Of a stretch of DNA of 40,098 nucleotides, positions 22,169-33,750 are shown one piece after another. The notes under the pieces were generated by a model. The model was given only the letters and a program-made list of their open reading frames with translations. It did not search any database and was not told where the DNA came from. The stretch spans positions 45,287,550 through 45,327,647 of the forward strand of contig NC_068988.1 in NCBI RefSeq assembly GCF_001194135.2, read 5' to 3'. Positions within the stretch are counted from its first letter, which is position 1. Each line of letters begins with the position of its first letter. Both the position numbers and the translations under genes were made by a program. The DNA is from Octopus bimaculoides (lineage: Eukaryota).

Positions 22169-24219
22169 ATGAAAACTCAGAGCTATTTTGCTGGCTATGA
22201 TAGAAAGTGTCAGCTGTCCACAGCCAGCAGACTAAAGTGACACTTGCTAACTGATCATGCTTCAAGAACCCTGCGAAGAATTCTTGCTTTTCTAAGTAAT
22301 GTTGATTTTTGTGGGTGTTCTACCTTCACACTTGCACCAATCTCTTTTAGTCATGTTGGTAGTTGAGTGCTGATACTTCTAAGTGCGTTAATTACTGTTG
22401 GTATCACGTCAACTCTCTTCATTGACTACAACCTTCGTATTTCCCATTGCAAATCGTCATAGTTGTTTATTTTTCCTTCTATCACATTGATCCTGTTGTC
22501 ACCAGGGCATGCTATGTCGATTATCATACATGTTCTTTCCTTTTTATTCACCACAACAATGTCCGGTTTCCGATGTCTGGTCAGGCGATCGCACTGGATC
22601 ATTGCATCCCATAAAATTTTGCAGTTCTCATTTTCGGTGACTCCTGGAGTTTGCTCATACCACGTCTTTGCTCTTTGTAGGTCGTGATTTCCACAGAGCT
22701 CCCAATGGATCGTTCTTGCCACATTGTCATGGCATCTTTTGTATTTGCGTTGTGCCAATTTCGGGCATTTGTTAACGATGTGCCATACCGTTCCACCCCT
22801 CTCACCACACATTCTGCACTTGTCGCTATCAGTAGTGTTGCCTGGTCTTGGTATCCATTTTCTGCACTTCTGTTTTTTTTTTTTTGCCATTTTATAATTC
22901 CCGATCCATACCGAAATGATGCTCTCGCCCACGTATTAACTGCTTGGATTTTATTTCATCCAGTCAATTTTGAGTGCAACACCAACCTCAGTCTTCGGAA
23001 ATACTCCATCCTTAGTTGTTCTTTCATTTCCTTTTCCATTATCTCATTGAACTCTAGTACACCAAGCTATTAGTATCCTTCCGTTTCAATGTGTTTAAAT
23101 CATATTTTCGGTAATTTTATTACCGCTAGGGACTGTACCTTGCCTCTTTTTAGGTAAATTATTTTGCACTTCTTGAGTCCAAATTCCATTCTAATGTCAG
23201 TATTAAAACAGTGGACCGTGTTCAGCAAGAAACTCACTCGTGTCTCATCTTTGCCATACAGTTTCAGATCATCCAAGAGTAGGCGGTTGATTGTTTGGGA
23301 TTTTTCTTATAGTTGGTATCTCAGGTTCGTTTACCTAAGTACCAAGGACAGGGGTATCATGCAGAGAGCAAAAAGCAACGGAAATATGCTATCACCCTGG
23401 AAAATTTCTCTACTGATACCCAGAGTGCTCAAGCTTTTTCCGTAAGATGTCAGTTCAGTTTTCCATCCCACCATTCTTCTCTTCATTAAAAAACGTTACA
23501 TTCCTCGCAATTCCAAACAGATCTAAGCACTCATTATCCACGAAAGTGGAATCATATCATAAGCTTTGCAATAGTCAATTCAGGCCATTCCTAGTTTTGT
23601 TCTTCTTCGTTTACAATCTTGCATTACCATTGTATCTATCAATAGTTGGTCTTTGGTACCTCTGTATTTCCTTTTACAGTCGTTTTGTTCCGTCGGTAAT
23701 ATATAGTTCTCATCAAAAATTTATACAGTTCTTTTGCAATTCCCCCTGACAATAACTTACACATTAATGGTGGGGGGGCAGGAAATTGGTCTGTAATTAT
23801 CAGTAGCATTTCAGGCACAACACCATTAGTCCTTTTGTCAACCAGCCCTGGATTTCTTCTTCTCCATTTATCAATGTATTGAATTTTTCTGCAGTCAGTT
23901 TATGGTAACTAGTGGACTTTTTTTTATCCCAACAGGTCCTGCTGCTTTCCAATTGCTTATCATTTTACACATATTTCTGATACTGTCTTCTGTAAAGGAG
24001 AACCCTCTTACTGGGGATAAGAAGTTGTTTGCTTCAGGCTGCAGAGCCATTCAGCTGTAGTATTATGTTGTTCTTGCTTACTCCACATCTTACACCAGAC
24101 ACGTCGACTTTCATCAGCATCACGGACTAATTTTCACGTTTTTTAATTTCATTAATCTCTTGGTAAAATCTTTTTTGATCGGTTCTAAACAATTTGTTTT
24201 ACCGGTATTGCTTAATCCA

Positions 24220-24220
<1 letters not shown>
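22169..24220 (-). mobile_element. 5'-truncated R4/Dong-type non-LTR retrotransposon (RT, CCHC finger, REL endonuclease)
   Basis: Minus strand: KQYRQNKLFRTDQKRFYQEIN...HNTTAEWL; SNWKAAGP; ISPLLFALCMIPLSL...LLLDDLKLYGK...MEFGLKKC; then CRMC...HIVNKC...CHDNV and KPDIVVVNKKERTCMIIDIACP; C-terminus ...ARILRRVLEA*, short 3' UTR, (TAA)n at both ends. Confidence 0.9.
22426..22932 (-). pseudogene. Open fragment encoding the CCHC finger and PD-(D/E)xK restriction-like endonuclease of the R4/Dong-type element
   Basis: From the ORF track: CRMCGERGGTVWHIVNKC, WDAMIQCDRLTRHRKPDIVVVNKKERTCMIIDIACPGD. Confidence 0.85.
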
Positions 24221-24385
<165 letters not shown>

Positions 24386-24769
24386 ACGAAGCTTAGCTTC
24401 CTCTGAAATTTGTTAATTAAATTGTCATGGAACGAGATCACAATTTTAGCATCCCATCGTACACAGACCTTGGCTTTAGTCAGCTATTTTGCTTATCTTT
24501 GTTTTGGCTTTCAGCCAATCAGCTGGCGGGCTGAAAGGGTATCAGTTATCCAACTCCACTAACAGGAAACCAAAAGAATGAATGATAAGAGTTGGACTGT
24601 AATTTATGCAATATTTACTCTAGAATTTCCAGATTGGTACTGGCTACATACATACATACATATGTATATATGCGTGTGTGTGTATATAAAACACACACAT
24701 ATATACATACGTACATATATATGTAAATACATACATACATATATATATATATATAATTTGGGTATACAA

Positions 24770-25678
24770 ATTTAATTTGCGGTCCATGTGAAGAGCCGTT
24801 TTAACGATGCGTCCTGCCCAGCTCTTCGAAACGCCGGTGTTAAAACGGGGGTAGCTGATGAAGTAGAATGTTCTCTATGTGGCTTGTGTGTTTTCTCGTC
24901 TACGTTTTGTTTGCAATGTCCTGTACCCAGATATGCACCTATACATACAGGTGGATGTCGGTATGCACATACCTGTACGTATATATGCATATACTCATTT
25001 ACTATTTGTTTTTACATGACTGAACGCAGCGTCTCCAATTTGTAAGTTGTTTTCGTAACTTCATATTTTCCGACGCTACTCTATCTCTTTCTGTTTCTCT
25101 TCCTCTATCATTTTTCCCCTCTCGTTCTTCCTCTTTACTACTACGTATCTCGCTTTACCCCTCTCGTTCTTCCTCTGTTACTACTACGTATCTCTTTTTC
25201 CCCCTCGTACTTCCTCTCTTTCTCTTTTCCTCTCGTTGCTCACCTATTCTTCTACTTCCTTCCTTTGTTTGTCCCTCTACCACTCTCTCTCTCTTCCCCT
25301 TATACTGGCATGGTCACATGCTTCCGGTCAATAATCCTTTTCTTCCTTGGCTATCGCCGAGCAAACACGCGAACTACTTCGTCCCTACTTTCAAGTTCGT
25401 GCCTCACAGCGTTCATACACACATAATTTTTCTCGTCTGGCCGTAAAGCCTTTTATGTTTGTTTTCCTGTCTTGTTTTTTGTCCGCCACTACATTCCTCC
25501 ATGGCAAGATTTAATTTGCGGTCCATGGGAAGAGCTGTTTTAACGATGCGTCCTGCCCAGCTCTTCGAAACGCCGGTGTTAAAACGGGGGTAGCTGATGA
25601 AGTAGAATGTTCTCTGTGTGGCTTGTGTGTTTTCTCGTCTCTGTTTTCTTTGCAATGTCCTGTACCCAGATATGCACC
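24770..25678 (+). mobile_element. 170-bp direct repeats (24770-24939 and 25509-25678) around a pyrimidine-rich segment; Penelope pseudo-LTR-like
   Basis: About 6 mismatches in 170 bp; each copy ends ATGTCCTGTACCCAGATATGCACC. The interior has GGTCACATGCTTCCGGTCA and a 42-bp tandem unit (25116, 25158, 25200). Confidence 0.6.
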
Positions 25679-26563
25679 NNNNNNNNNNNNNNNNNNNNNN
25701 NNNNNNNNNNNNNNNNNNNNNNNNNNNNNNNNNNNNNNNNNNNNNNNNNNNNNNNNNNNNNNNNNNNNNNNNNNNNNNNNNNNNNNNNNNNNNNNNNNNN
25801 NNNNNNNNNNNNNNNNNNNNNNNNNNNNNNNNNNNNNNNNNNNNNNNNNNNNNNNNNNNNNNNNNNNNNNNNNNNNNNNNNNNNNNNNNNNNNNNNNNNN
25901 NNNNNNNNNNNNNNNNNNNNNNNNNNNNNNNNNNNNNNNNNNNNNNNNNNNNNNNNNNNNNNNNNNNNNNNNNNNNNNNNNNNNNNNNNNNNNNNNNNNN
26001 NNNNNNNNNNNNNNNNNNNNNNNNNNNNNNNNNNNNNNNNNNNNNNNNNNNNNNNNNNNNNNNNNNNNNNNNNNNNNNNNNNNNNNNNNNNNNNNNNNNN
26101 NNNNNNNNNNNNNNNNNNNNNNNNNNNNNNNNNNNNNNNNNNNNNNNNNNNNNNNNNNNNNNNNNNNNNNNNNNNNNNNNNNNNNNNNNNNNNNNNNNNN
26201 NNNNNNNNNNNNNNNNNNNNNNNNNNNNNNNNNNNNNNNNNNNNNNNNNNNNNNNNNNNNNNNNNNNNNNNNNNNNNNNNNNNNNNNNNNNNNNNNNNNN
26301 NNNNNNNNNNNNNNNNNNNNNNNNNNNNNNNNNNNNNNNNNNNNNNNNNNNNNNNNNNNNNNNNNNNNNNNNNNNNNNNNNNNNNNNNNNNNNNNNNNNN
26401 NNNNNNNNNNNNNNNNNNNNNNNNNNNNNNNNNNNNNNNNNNNNNNNNNNNNNNNNNNNNNNNNNNNNNNNNNNNNNNNNNNNNNNNNNNNNNNNNNNNN
26501 NNNNNNNNNNNNNNNNNNNNNNNNNNNNNNNNNNNNNNNNNNNNNNNNNNNNNNNNNNNNNNN
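25679..26563. other. Assembly gap (largest of nine)
   Basis: N-runs at 15566-15729, 16930-17444, 17736-17881, 19349-19595, 20484-20544, 21739-21838, 25679-26563, 38298-38887 and 39724-39751. Confidence 0.99.
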
Positions 26564-26601
26564 TATATATATATATATATATATGTATATACATATATAT
26601 A

Positions 26602-27430
26602 CAGGGGTTGGACAAAATAATGGAAACACCTTAAAATTTCAAACACATTTATTTTTGTACGGGGTAGGACCGCCTTTAGAAGTAATTACGGCTTAAATTC
26701 TACGAGGTGTGGACTCATACAAAGTTTGAATTGTTTCCAAAGAAATTTTTTCCATTCTTCAGTCAAAACAGGCTCCAGTTCTTGATGGTGTAGAATATCG
26801 ACTCCTTACTTGTTTTTCTAAAATGCTCCATAAATGTTCAATAATATTGATATCTGGGGACTATGGTGGTCAGATATGATGTTCAACTTCACTAGAACGT
26901 TCCTCGTGTCATTCAGTAACAACTTTAGCTGTGTAAATTGGTGCATTATCATCCTGAAAGACTGCGTCCCCCCCCCCCGGAAACAGTTCCGCAACCATAG
27001 GAGGAATTTGATCAGATAAAACGCTTAAATAGTCTTGACTATTAATTCTGCCACGAAGGGAAACCATTGGGCCGGTGGATTTCCAGGATATAGCCTCCGT
27101 GATCATCACAAACCCTCCTCCATGTTTAACAGTTGGCAGAAGACAGTCTGGGTCAAATGCTTCTTTTGGCTGTCTCTACACGTATACTGGGCAGGTTGTC
27201 AGTCGGAAATAAGGTAAAGGATGACTCGTCCGAGAAAATTACATTCTTCCATTGCTCTGGGGACCAATTCTGTAGGTTTTTATTCCACTCTAAACGCTGT
27301 GCAACGTTTGTCTTTTGTAAGTAGTGATTTTCTGTGAATTCTCTGTCGAGAACTTTCATAGATAATCACCTTGTCTCTGATGACGGAGTACCCAGTGTAT
27401 GGAGATGCTAACCTATCACTTTGGATAGCT
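26602..27430 (-). mobile_element. Decayed Tc1-family transposon (catalytic domain, DD36E spacing), one TIR retained
   Basis: TA|CAGGGGTTGGACAAAATAATGGAAACAC terminus. Minus strand WKNVIFSDES...VFQDDNAPIYTAKVVTE*HEERSSEVEHHI*PP*SPDINIIEHLWSILE. The second TIR was not found. Confidence 0.88.
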
Positions 27431-27839
27431 CAGGAACGGCTGTAAGACTTCCAATAATTAATAAATTAATTTACTAATTAATTAATTATTTCAAATTCAA
27501 CTTACTCAAATCAAATATTCTAAATGACCTAAGACTAAGATACTCATCCTGCCTTGGTTTTTGTTGTCATTTTCCTCATATATATATATATATATTTGTA
27601 TCTATGTATACAAAATTAGCGGAGGCTATAATCGAATAAAATGTGAAAACATGGTGTGATTCTTAGTTTGACACTCAGTAAGAAATTAAGGAAGCATATC
27701 TATAATTGACTTTTGAAGTTAATGCTTTTTGGAAGGTTCGTATTTGAACTTAGAATGTAAAGTAACGGAACAAATTCCACTAAGCACTTTTTCCAATGTA
27801 TAAAGAATTTGCCAGTCCATCGCCCTAAATCATTGATTC

Positions 27840-27990
27840 TGATTTCTGCACAAGGCCAGCAGTTTTGAAAGGTAAAATTAAATGATACCATCGATCGCAG
27901 TACAGGATTGTTACCTTATTTTATCGATCCAAAAAGGATGAAAGTCAAAGTTGAACTCGATGGGATTTGAACTCAGAGAGTAAAACAGCA
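27840..27990 (-). mobile_element. Diverged SINE family B-like fragment
   Basis: GGATGAAAGTCAAAGTTGAACTCG..GGATTTGAACTCAG matches the reverse complement of the family B body. Confidence 0.65.
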
Positions 27991-28507
27991 GAGCAAAGTG
28001 AAACATAAAGAAAGTGATGAATGCTACTACCTCAACTTTCTTCTACCTTCAAAGTTAACTTGGTAATCTCCCATTGATGAATGCCTCTAATTTTGAAAGG
28101 TCTAAATAATTTAGTCTTCAAACATCTGAATAGGATAAAATACATATTGATCTCAGTGTATGTGTAAGTGTTATATAAACGTATGTATATGTATGTGGAC
28201 GTATGTATGTATACATGTTTATATGTGTAAGTTTTCTTTGCTTGTTGTTCTAAGTTTCTCCAACAGAGAGCAACAGCTGGTCACTGACAAAAGAATAAAA
28301 TTCTTTGACAGCAATCAGTTGGTTGGGTCACACGATTTATTTATTGGCAGTTTCTTCCTGTCTTAACTGTTAAACTAATGAGCTGGAATTTTTAAAAGAA
28401 TTTCCACACATAATATTTCTGTCGTGTTCTATTCACATTATTAATCTACTCTCCCACCTTCCATCCGGCCAACTTCTTCATTTTCTTGCGAGAAACTTAT
28501 GTTTATA

Positions 28508-28557
28508 TTATTTTACTTGTTTCAGTCATTGGACTACAGCCATGTTGGGACACCATC
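28508..28557 (-). mobile_element. SINE family A 3' tail fragment
   Basis: TTTTACTTGTTTCAGTCATT...CCATGTTGGGACACC is the reverse complement of the tail. Confidence 0.65.
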
Positions 28558-28989
28558 GTAAAGAGTTTTAGCTTTTCAAGTCGACACTGGTATTTACTTT
28601 TCAAAATATAAACAGTGCCAAATTCATATATAAGTTAGACAAGCTATAATTTAGGATCTCAAAATCTACTGACGTTACAAAATAGTTAAAAGGAATAAAT
28701 ATGTTCTATTTTTGTGAGAACAACTTTTGTAACACTTTAACAAGAGCATTCCATCATACTCATAATATATCATGATACCTAAGTTACTGATCCTGGAAAT
28801 GTTAAAAAGCAAATCATTACTGGTGAGGATGTGAAGTTTACAAGAATTACTAGACCAGTGACTGTCACCTTCGGCAAGAATTATGTGTAAAATGATATAG
28901 AGAATGTGCATTAAGTATATGCAGATGTCTCTCTTGTGCTGTATATATGTATGTGTGTGTGTGTGAGCGTGTGCTTGTGTGTGTGTATA

Positions 28990-29551
28990 CAGCGTTATTC
29001 AAAAAGAAAGAGTAGATTTCAAATTTATTTCTAAAACAAATGGTAAGAGACACAACACATTCTACATAATTTTTGATAGGGGAAGGTGTAAAGTTTATAG
29101 CTGAACATGATCAATTGAATTAGGCCTTAAATAAAATAATATTTTAATTTTGTTTTAATGTTTCATTTTGTTCATTTTATTTAAAGTTGTTTAATTTTCA
29201 TTTTTGTGTAATCCCTTGGAAAATGGTGACGTCACAAGAAAAGTCTTTTTGTGTGCTGCAGTTTGAGAAATGCGAATCGATTGTGCAAGTGCAACCTGAA
29301 TTTCGCTGCCAATTCAATAAAAATCCACCTCGTCAAAAGCAAATTTACGAACGGCCTAAAAATTTCACAGAAAAAGGTTTCGATGTTTCGATGTTTGTCG
29401 AGCAACACATGGTGCTCATATTGAGTGCATACTACCTTAAAATAAACTTTAAACCTTCCCGTATCAAGAAATATGTAGAATGTGTTTGTGTCTCTTACCG
29501 TTTGTTTTAAAAATAAATTTAAAATCTTCTCTTTCTTTTTGAATAACCCTG
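28990..29551 (+). mobile_element. Non-autonomous Tc1/mariner deletion derivative (562 bp) with about 110-bp TIRs and TA TSD
   Basis: TA|CAGCGTTATTCAAAAAGAAAGAG ... CTCTTTCTTTTTGAATAACCCTG|TA, TIRs 28990-29098 and 29442-29551. The interior encodes MVTSQEKSFCVLQFEKCESIVQVQPEFRCQFNKNPP from ATG 29223, resembling DUF4817-type transposase N-terminal HTH regions. Confidence 0.88.
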
Positions 29552-30974
29552 TATAAGGCAAATGAAAGACAGAAGATAGAATATACGAGAATTTATTATT
29601 AATCCCGACTATTGTTCCAATAAATCTAGCTTCGATCCGTCATGGGTGGGACACTCAACAATTGGTTCAGGAGCATCAAGCAGTGCAAATATGTCTCATC
29701 GGATGATATGTAGACAAAACTCATTAAAATAACAGTTCCGCGATGTATCATCTCATTTCGTAAAAAGGAAAGCTGCAAAACGAAGGAAATGTCTTCATTT
29801 ACATAGAAGATCAAAAGTATAATCACAGATGGAAAAAAGAAACGAACACGCAATACAGCGAGGAAAGTATTAAAAATAACCGTTAACAAATATGGGCGCA
29901 TAAACGCCCCGCGCAAGCTGCATGGTGTGTGTGCACTCGCTCATACAAGCATCCACGAAAGCGTAAGCATACGCACACACATATATACCCACACACATAT
30001 ATGCCTACTCACTAAGAATTGATGTTTCAATTTCTTTCTGTTCATTTTGCTGCCTTTTTTCTTGCATTTTTTAATACTTTAATGTGTGTCCATTCTGTAA
30101 CATGCCTTTTAAAGTCTCACTGCTATTTTTAAAGTTCATTTCTTATATATCCACGAGTGAACGCGTAACATTTATTATTGAATGGTATGCAAGATTCCTC
30201 AGTAAAACCAAGAGAGACTTTAGACCATCCGTTAAAGATGTATGAAAGCCAAAATTGTCCTTGGCGAATTTGAACGCAGAATACAAAAGACAGCACCTAA
30301 CTATTGTAAGAGATTTTGGATGACACTGTACCGATTCTAGAAATCCAAGAGAGTGTTAAAACAAAAAACAACAACAATAACTATTGCATCCCAACAAGCT
30401 ATACATTTTCACCAATAACATCAATATTTATCTTTGAAATTCCCAAAGAATTTTTTGTTATCAAAATATCTTGAAATAGGTATTAATGATTTGGAAGTTT
30501 TACTTTAAATTTATCCATGTATTGGAAGTACTTTCGAAAAGAAAATAAGTGAAATGGGATAACATATAACCGAAAGATATATAACACGGAATCTTTATCA
30601 AACTGGAATATTATCAAATAAAACACTATAAATTAATGTATACACAGAAACTATGAATTGATGTATATGCACACAAACACGCATATAGAATAAATGTATG
30701 ATACGATGTTTTATCTATGTCTGTCTGTCTGTCCGTTAATCTGTCTGTCTATTTGTCTGTCTTTCTGTTTTATATAGTCATTGATTGACCAATGTTTTGT
30801 GAGTAAAATTTGATAAGCTGTATGTATGTGTATGCATGCTTACATGTGTGCCATTTTTTTAATATTAGTATTCTTTCTAGAAGTAGGGAGCTTGTTTCTA
30901 ACAATGAAACCAAAGCTCCGTCACTGAAATTTAGATACGCAGCACCATCAATAATTGTTGCACATTGAATTTTA

Positions 30975-31032
30975 TGGTGGTGCCCCAGCATGGCCGCAGT
31001 CTAATGACCGAAACAAATAATAGGATAAAGAT
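30975..31032 (+). mobile_element. SINE family A 3' tail fragment
   Basis: GGTGGTGCCCCAGCATGGCCGCAGTCTAATGACCGAAAC. Confidence 0.75.
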
Positions 31033-31039
31033 GCAATGC

Positions 31040-33750
31040 ATATTTTTCCTGCTCCAGACTTTTAGGGATGGTTTCGGTAAAGTATGTGTTTGCTGTTCTC
31101 TTTCTTTGCTTGAAAATCTTAGTCTTTTTTCAGATTTATTTAGACACTCACTAACACAGATAAGTGTATCAATGAATATTGGGATCAATGTACATTTATA
31201 ACCAAGAAAGAAGAGCTGCTGGTTTCAAAACAACTGTTTATAGATCTCGATGATTTTGGAAGAGATGTTCACGTCTGCAGAGCGGTTAACATCGATGAAT
31301 GTCCGCGATTTTTCTTTTCTCTCCCATATAACTGCTTGGTCTGTTATATTTGCACTTGATAAAAATTTTGATGGAATGTTCCGCTAATATTCCTTGAGCT
31401 AAAATTTATGAGTGCATTCCATAGCAGAGTAGTTGTTTATATTTATTTCAGAACAGTCTTTTTTCCCCTCTGGATGACATTGTATATTGATTTGCCAACA
31501 TCACGTCGCACAGGGAATTAGTACCTCAATGACATCTTTAATCATTTGCTGATTAAGAATTATGTCCTCCACACAATAATGACATAATCGACTTTCACTG
31601 TTGCATCTTGTGATTTTAAGGGCTTCGCTGTCCCGTTTGTTCATGATATATTTTCTAGCTATCTTCTAATCTTAGCTTGCAAAAACGTAGTTTTCGGATG
31701 TGATATGATGTAGTAGCCGTGTGTCCAAGAAAGGTTACACTTCATAGTAATATTATGACCCTCGTCAAGTTTATGGGAAACCTACGCATTCATAACCCAC
31801 ATTTTGGATATGTAGAGTGTTTCCCCTTCTAGTTCTTTGTCGAGGTATGTGAGCCATGCACTTCTGGTCTGGGTTCACACGTGGTCATCAGGAAATGGAT
31901 ATCTTGTGGAACTCATCTGCCTGCATACTTCACTTAATTTTTGAATCCTTGCATGATCTATTTATTTTCGCTGCTGTTGTTAAACAGATGATATCTGAGT
32001 GATATTAAGCCTGTCTACTGATCTTAAGCCTCTTTCTCTCTCTTTTCCTTTGAGAAATTGATACTGGTTTGAAACCAATATCGCTGTTCCTACGAAAATT
32101 TGCGGCTGATGTCAGAATCTTGAAGGTCTTAATGTGTATGGAGCGGACTTCTTGTATACACCAGTCAAGTTTTCCAAATGTTGGTATCAGTATAGATACT
32201 GAAAATGCATTATTGGACATTGTCATATTATAAGAGGAAAGCTCTGAATATCATATCGTTTTTAAGTCTGATGCAATATTCCTTGGTTATTCTTTGTTTA
32301 TAATAACTCTATATGATACATGGGTAGCACTCGTTTTGGAGAACAGGGAAGACATAGAGACCAGTGATGCAAAATGTTGGATATGGAGAACAGTTTTCTG
32401 GCGTTTTTTTTATTAACAACAAACATTTCTTTCAGTCAAACTCTATTCCAGTATCAGCGGGAAAAGTTGTGTTCAATTCTACTGTTTTTCGGTTTTGTAA
32501 ACATTTCAGGTATAAATTGACCGTTAGATCAAGCACGAAGAAATTATGAATAATATTAATGTTTCAGAGCCAGTTAATTTTCGTAGAAGCAATTACAGTG
32601 GATTTTGATCCATAATAAACAGAAGTATAGTTAGACTGTTACTTGGGAATATTTCTTTTGAACCATTTATATCATCAGAGACAGTTGTTCAATTTGGAAT
32701 TACAAGTGTAAGGTCTGTGAGCAGATCTTCATGAGTCTTTCGATATCAACAACTAAGAAAGCAGGTACTTTGGCAGCACTGGTGTCTTCAGTTGCTATGT
32801 GAGAGGAAATTGAGTTGAATGCCTTTCTTTAATGAAACCATTCTATCACTAACATTCTGTGATGTTTTCTTACATTAGACACTACAGCTTTAGATACCAT
32901 AAGTTGATCAATGCACTCTTATATTCCATTCTTTCAGCTTTAGTTGCCATAAGTTGAGCAATGCACTCTCATATTCCATTCTTCCCATTTAGCTGAACGC
33001 CCGTAATTGTATCTTTAAACCATCCAATGATTTTGGAGGAATTATTACAGGCAGCTCGCGTATAATTCGTACATTTTACTTCTTTGGAACCAAGGTTTGC
33101 TCGTGCTATGGGAAGCCAGTTCAGTACAAAAAGTCAATGTCTTGTACCAGTAGCCAAATACGAAGTTTCTTCTAGGTGCTTGGCCTTTATGTAGCTTTCC
33201 CACAACATTAGTGAAAGCTTTAATTTCGATAGTTGGTGCAGTATTCTTGATTTATCGTGTTTAGTCATATTGCATTACGAATAAAATCCTTGTTTTCCTT
33301 TCAGATCTTATACACCAAAATGATTTTAGATCTTTCTGGAAAGAGATCCTTTTTACCACAATATCTCTCTCCTCTTCTCTCTGTATACAGGTGAAGAGAT
33401 TCTTAGTAAAGAGTTCCTTTCGGTAATGTAGTTTTCCACTCTGAATCATGAGTTTGTGGTTGAAAGTTATTAATTTTTCCTCAAGATTTTCAGTAGCGTC
33501 CTATGACATTTTATTAGTTTTCTCAGAAGTTATGGTCACTCTGTTGTAAATTTCTCGTTCGCTTTACATTTTATAATGGCATTTAACTACAGTATTCTGC
33601 AGTATAAATTCTTCGTAATTGTTTTGCGATATCTTACTCACGGATTGGTTAACACATATCTCTCAGACATTTCTTCAGAGTAACAGTAACAGGATACTGA
33701 CAGGTATTGATATTCCAGCACATGTTTTCGCGTTTTTTGTAAAAAAAAAA
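31040..33750 (-). mobile_element. Heavily decayed R4/Dong-type non-LTR retrotransposon (second, more diverged copy)
   Basis: Collinear minus-strand motifs: QAPRRNFVFGYWYKTL (about 33150), CIDQLMVSKAVV...EWFH*RKAFNSI, IFPSNSLTILLFIMDQNPL, GIEFD*KKC, NAFSVSILIPTFGKLDW...IKTFKIL (ORF 32005..32226), SRLCHYC, VIWERKEKSRTFIDVNRSADVNI, IPIFIDTL. Confidence 0.78.
32885..32984. repeat. 50-bp tandem duplication inside the decayed RT
   Basis: Units 32885-32934 and 32935-32984 differ at about 5 positions. Confidence 0.85.

Noticed and set aside
29641-29710. MGGTLNNWFRSIKQCKY as a possible myristoylated N-terminal exon
   Set aside because: Short, weak donor site, no supporting context.
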